This document shows, piece after piece, positions 63,231 to 64,000 of a DNA stretch of 64,000 bases. The stretch's first letter is position 1, and every line of letters begins with the position of its first letter. This stretch comes from Pavona decussata (lineage: Eukaryota), in NCBI GenBank assembly GCA_977016875.1, contig CDRNST010000067.1, positions 3,038,001 through 3,102,000 on the forward strand. Direction: 5' to 3'. Below the pieces are notes generated by a model. That model did not search any database, was not told the DNA's origin, and saw only the letters and a program-made list of their open reading frames with translations. Both the position numbers and the translations under genes were made by a program.

Positions 63231-64000
63231 ACGTAATGTTAAATTTATTTTAGTCTCTTATGTAGGTCTATACGTTACCCAGCATGCCTTAGTGTAAAGT
63301 GATTTACCCATGATCCTTTCTTAGAAGGCTGTTCTCGCATGTGAGTCAGCCATGTTGTCACATACCATAAAATCAAGTTGGAATCTTAGTTGCTGTTAAT
63401 TCGTCACATGGTGTCACAAAGCTCGTAACTCACATTTTTGTTCCTCGCCTCTATCTGCCCCTCGCCGACGGGAGCTTTCGTCCTCAGCTACGTTGCATTG
63501 CTCAAACTTCGTAGGATTTCTTCGCACTAACCTGGCGTGGCTCAAGTGATTCTGTTGATTGTTTCCCCCACTTCGTGGCTCTCTTATCTCTCCTTGTTCC
63601 CGACCTCAGCTGGCAGATCTCCTGTTTCTCCATAAAGGGCAAGGATCGACCTATTTTTGATACAAGCTCATCGGATCGCCATCGCACGTTCAAGTTTTTT
63701 GTGGCAAATTTCAGACTTTGCTGTCATGGAAGCCTACATAAACCCGGCTAAACCGCTCAACAGCGCCTGTAACGGAATGTTCTAGCTTCTTATTAGCGGC
63801 CAAGTTTTTTCTCACTTACGTCCTAGTTAATTTTCCATTATTGTTTTATATTTTTCCCGTTAGTCTCATAGGGGCCACTTAACACTTGTGGCACCTAATT
63901 ATGTGTACTCGGAGTATATAGCACATGTTATTTTATTTTCTCGCTCCTTTTGGTTGCATGTTTTGGGGTAGCGCATATCTACCGTCTAGTTACAAACATT

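Overview
Eukaryotic, AT-rich, intron-containing DNA that is almost entirely nested transposable elements and decayed TE-associated genes. The repeat repertoire suggests a marine invertebrate, probably a cnidarian or stony coral (inference). Family assignments come from motif recognition by eye, not database searches. Main contents: (1) a spliced BEN-domain gene; (2) a DIRS/PAT-type tyrosine-recombinase retroelement whose recombinase has an ALOG-like DNA-binding domain and which ends in split direct repeats; (3) a second, Ngaro/DIRS-like relic; (4) a decayed Ty3/Gypsy element and a Mag-like gag; (5) a full-length BEL/Pao element (two LTRs, GCCCA target-site duplication) inserted into an L1/Tx1 LINE; (6) several L2/CR1-group LINE pieces, two tRNA-derived SINEs and many MITEs; (7) two Crypton/DUF3504 fragments; (8) a RAG1/Transib-like transposase relic and a herpes-tegument-like deubiquitinase fragment; (9) kinase, SAM-like and RecQ-like pseudogenes plus DUF6589-like pieces, which may come from a poorly described helicase-carrying mobile element. 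No clearly intact housekeeping gene, true tRNA, rRNA or CRISPR array was found. There is one 187-nt assembly gap.
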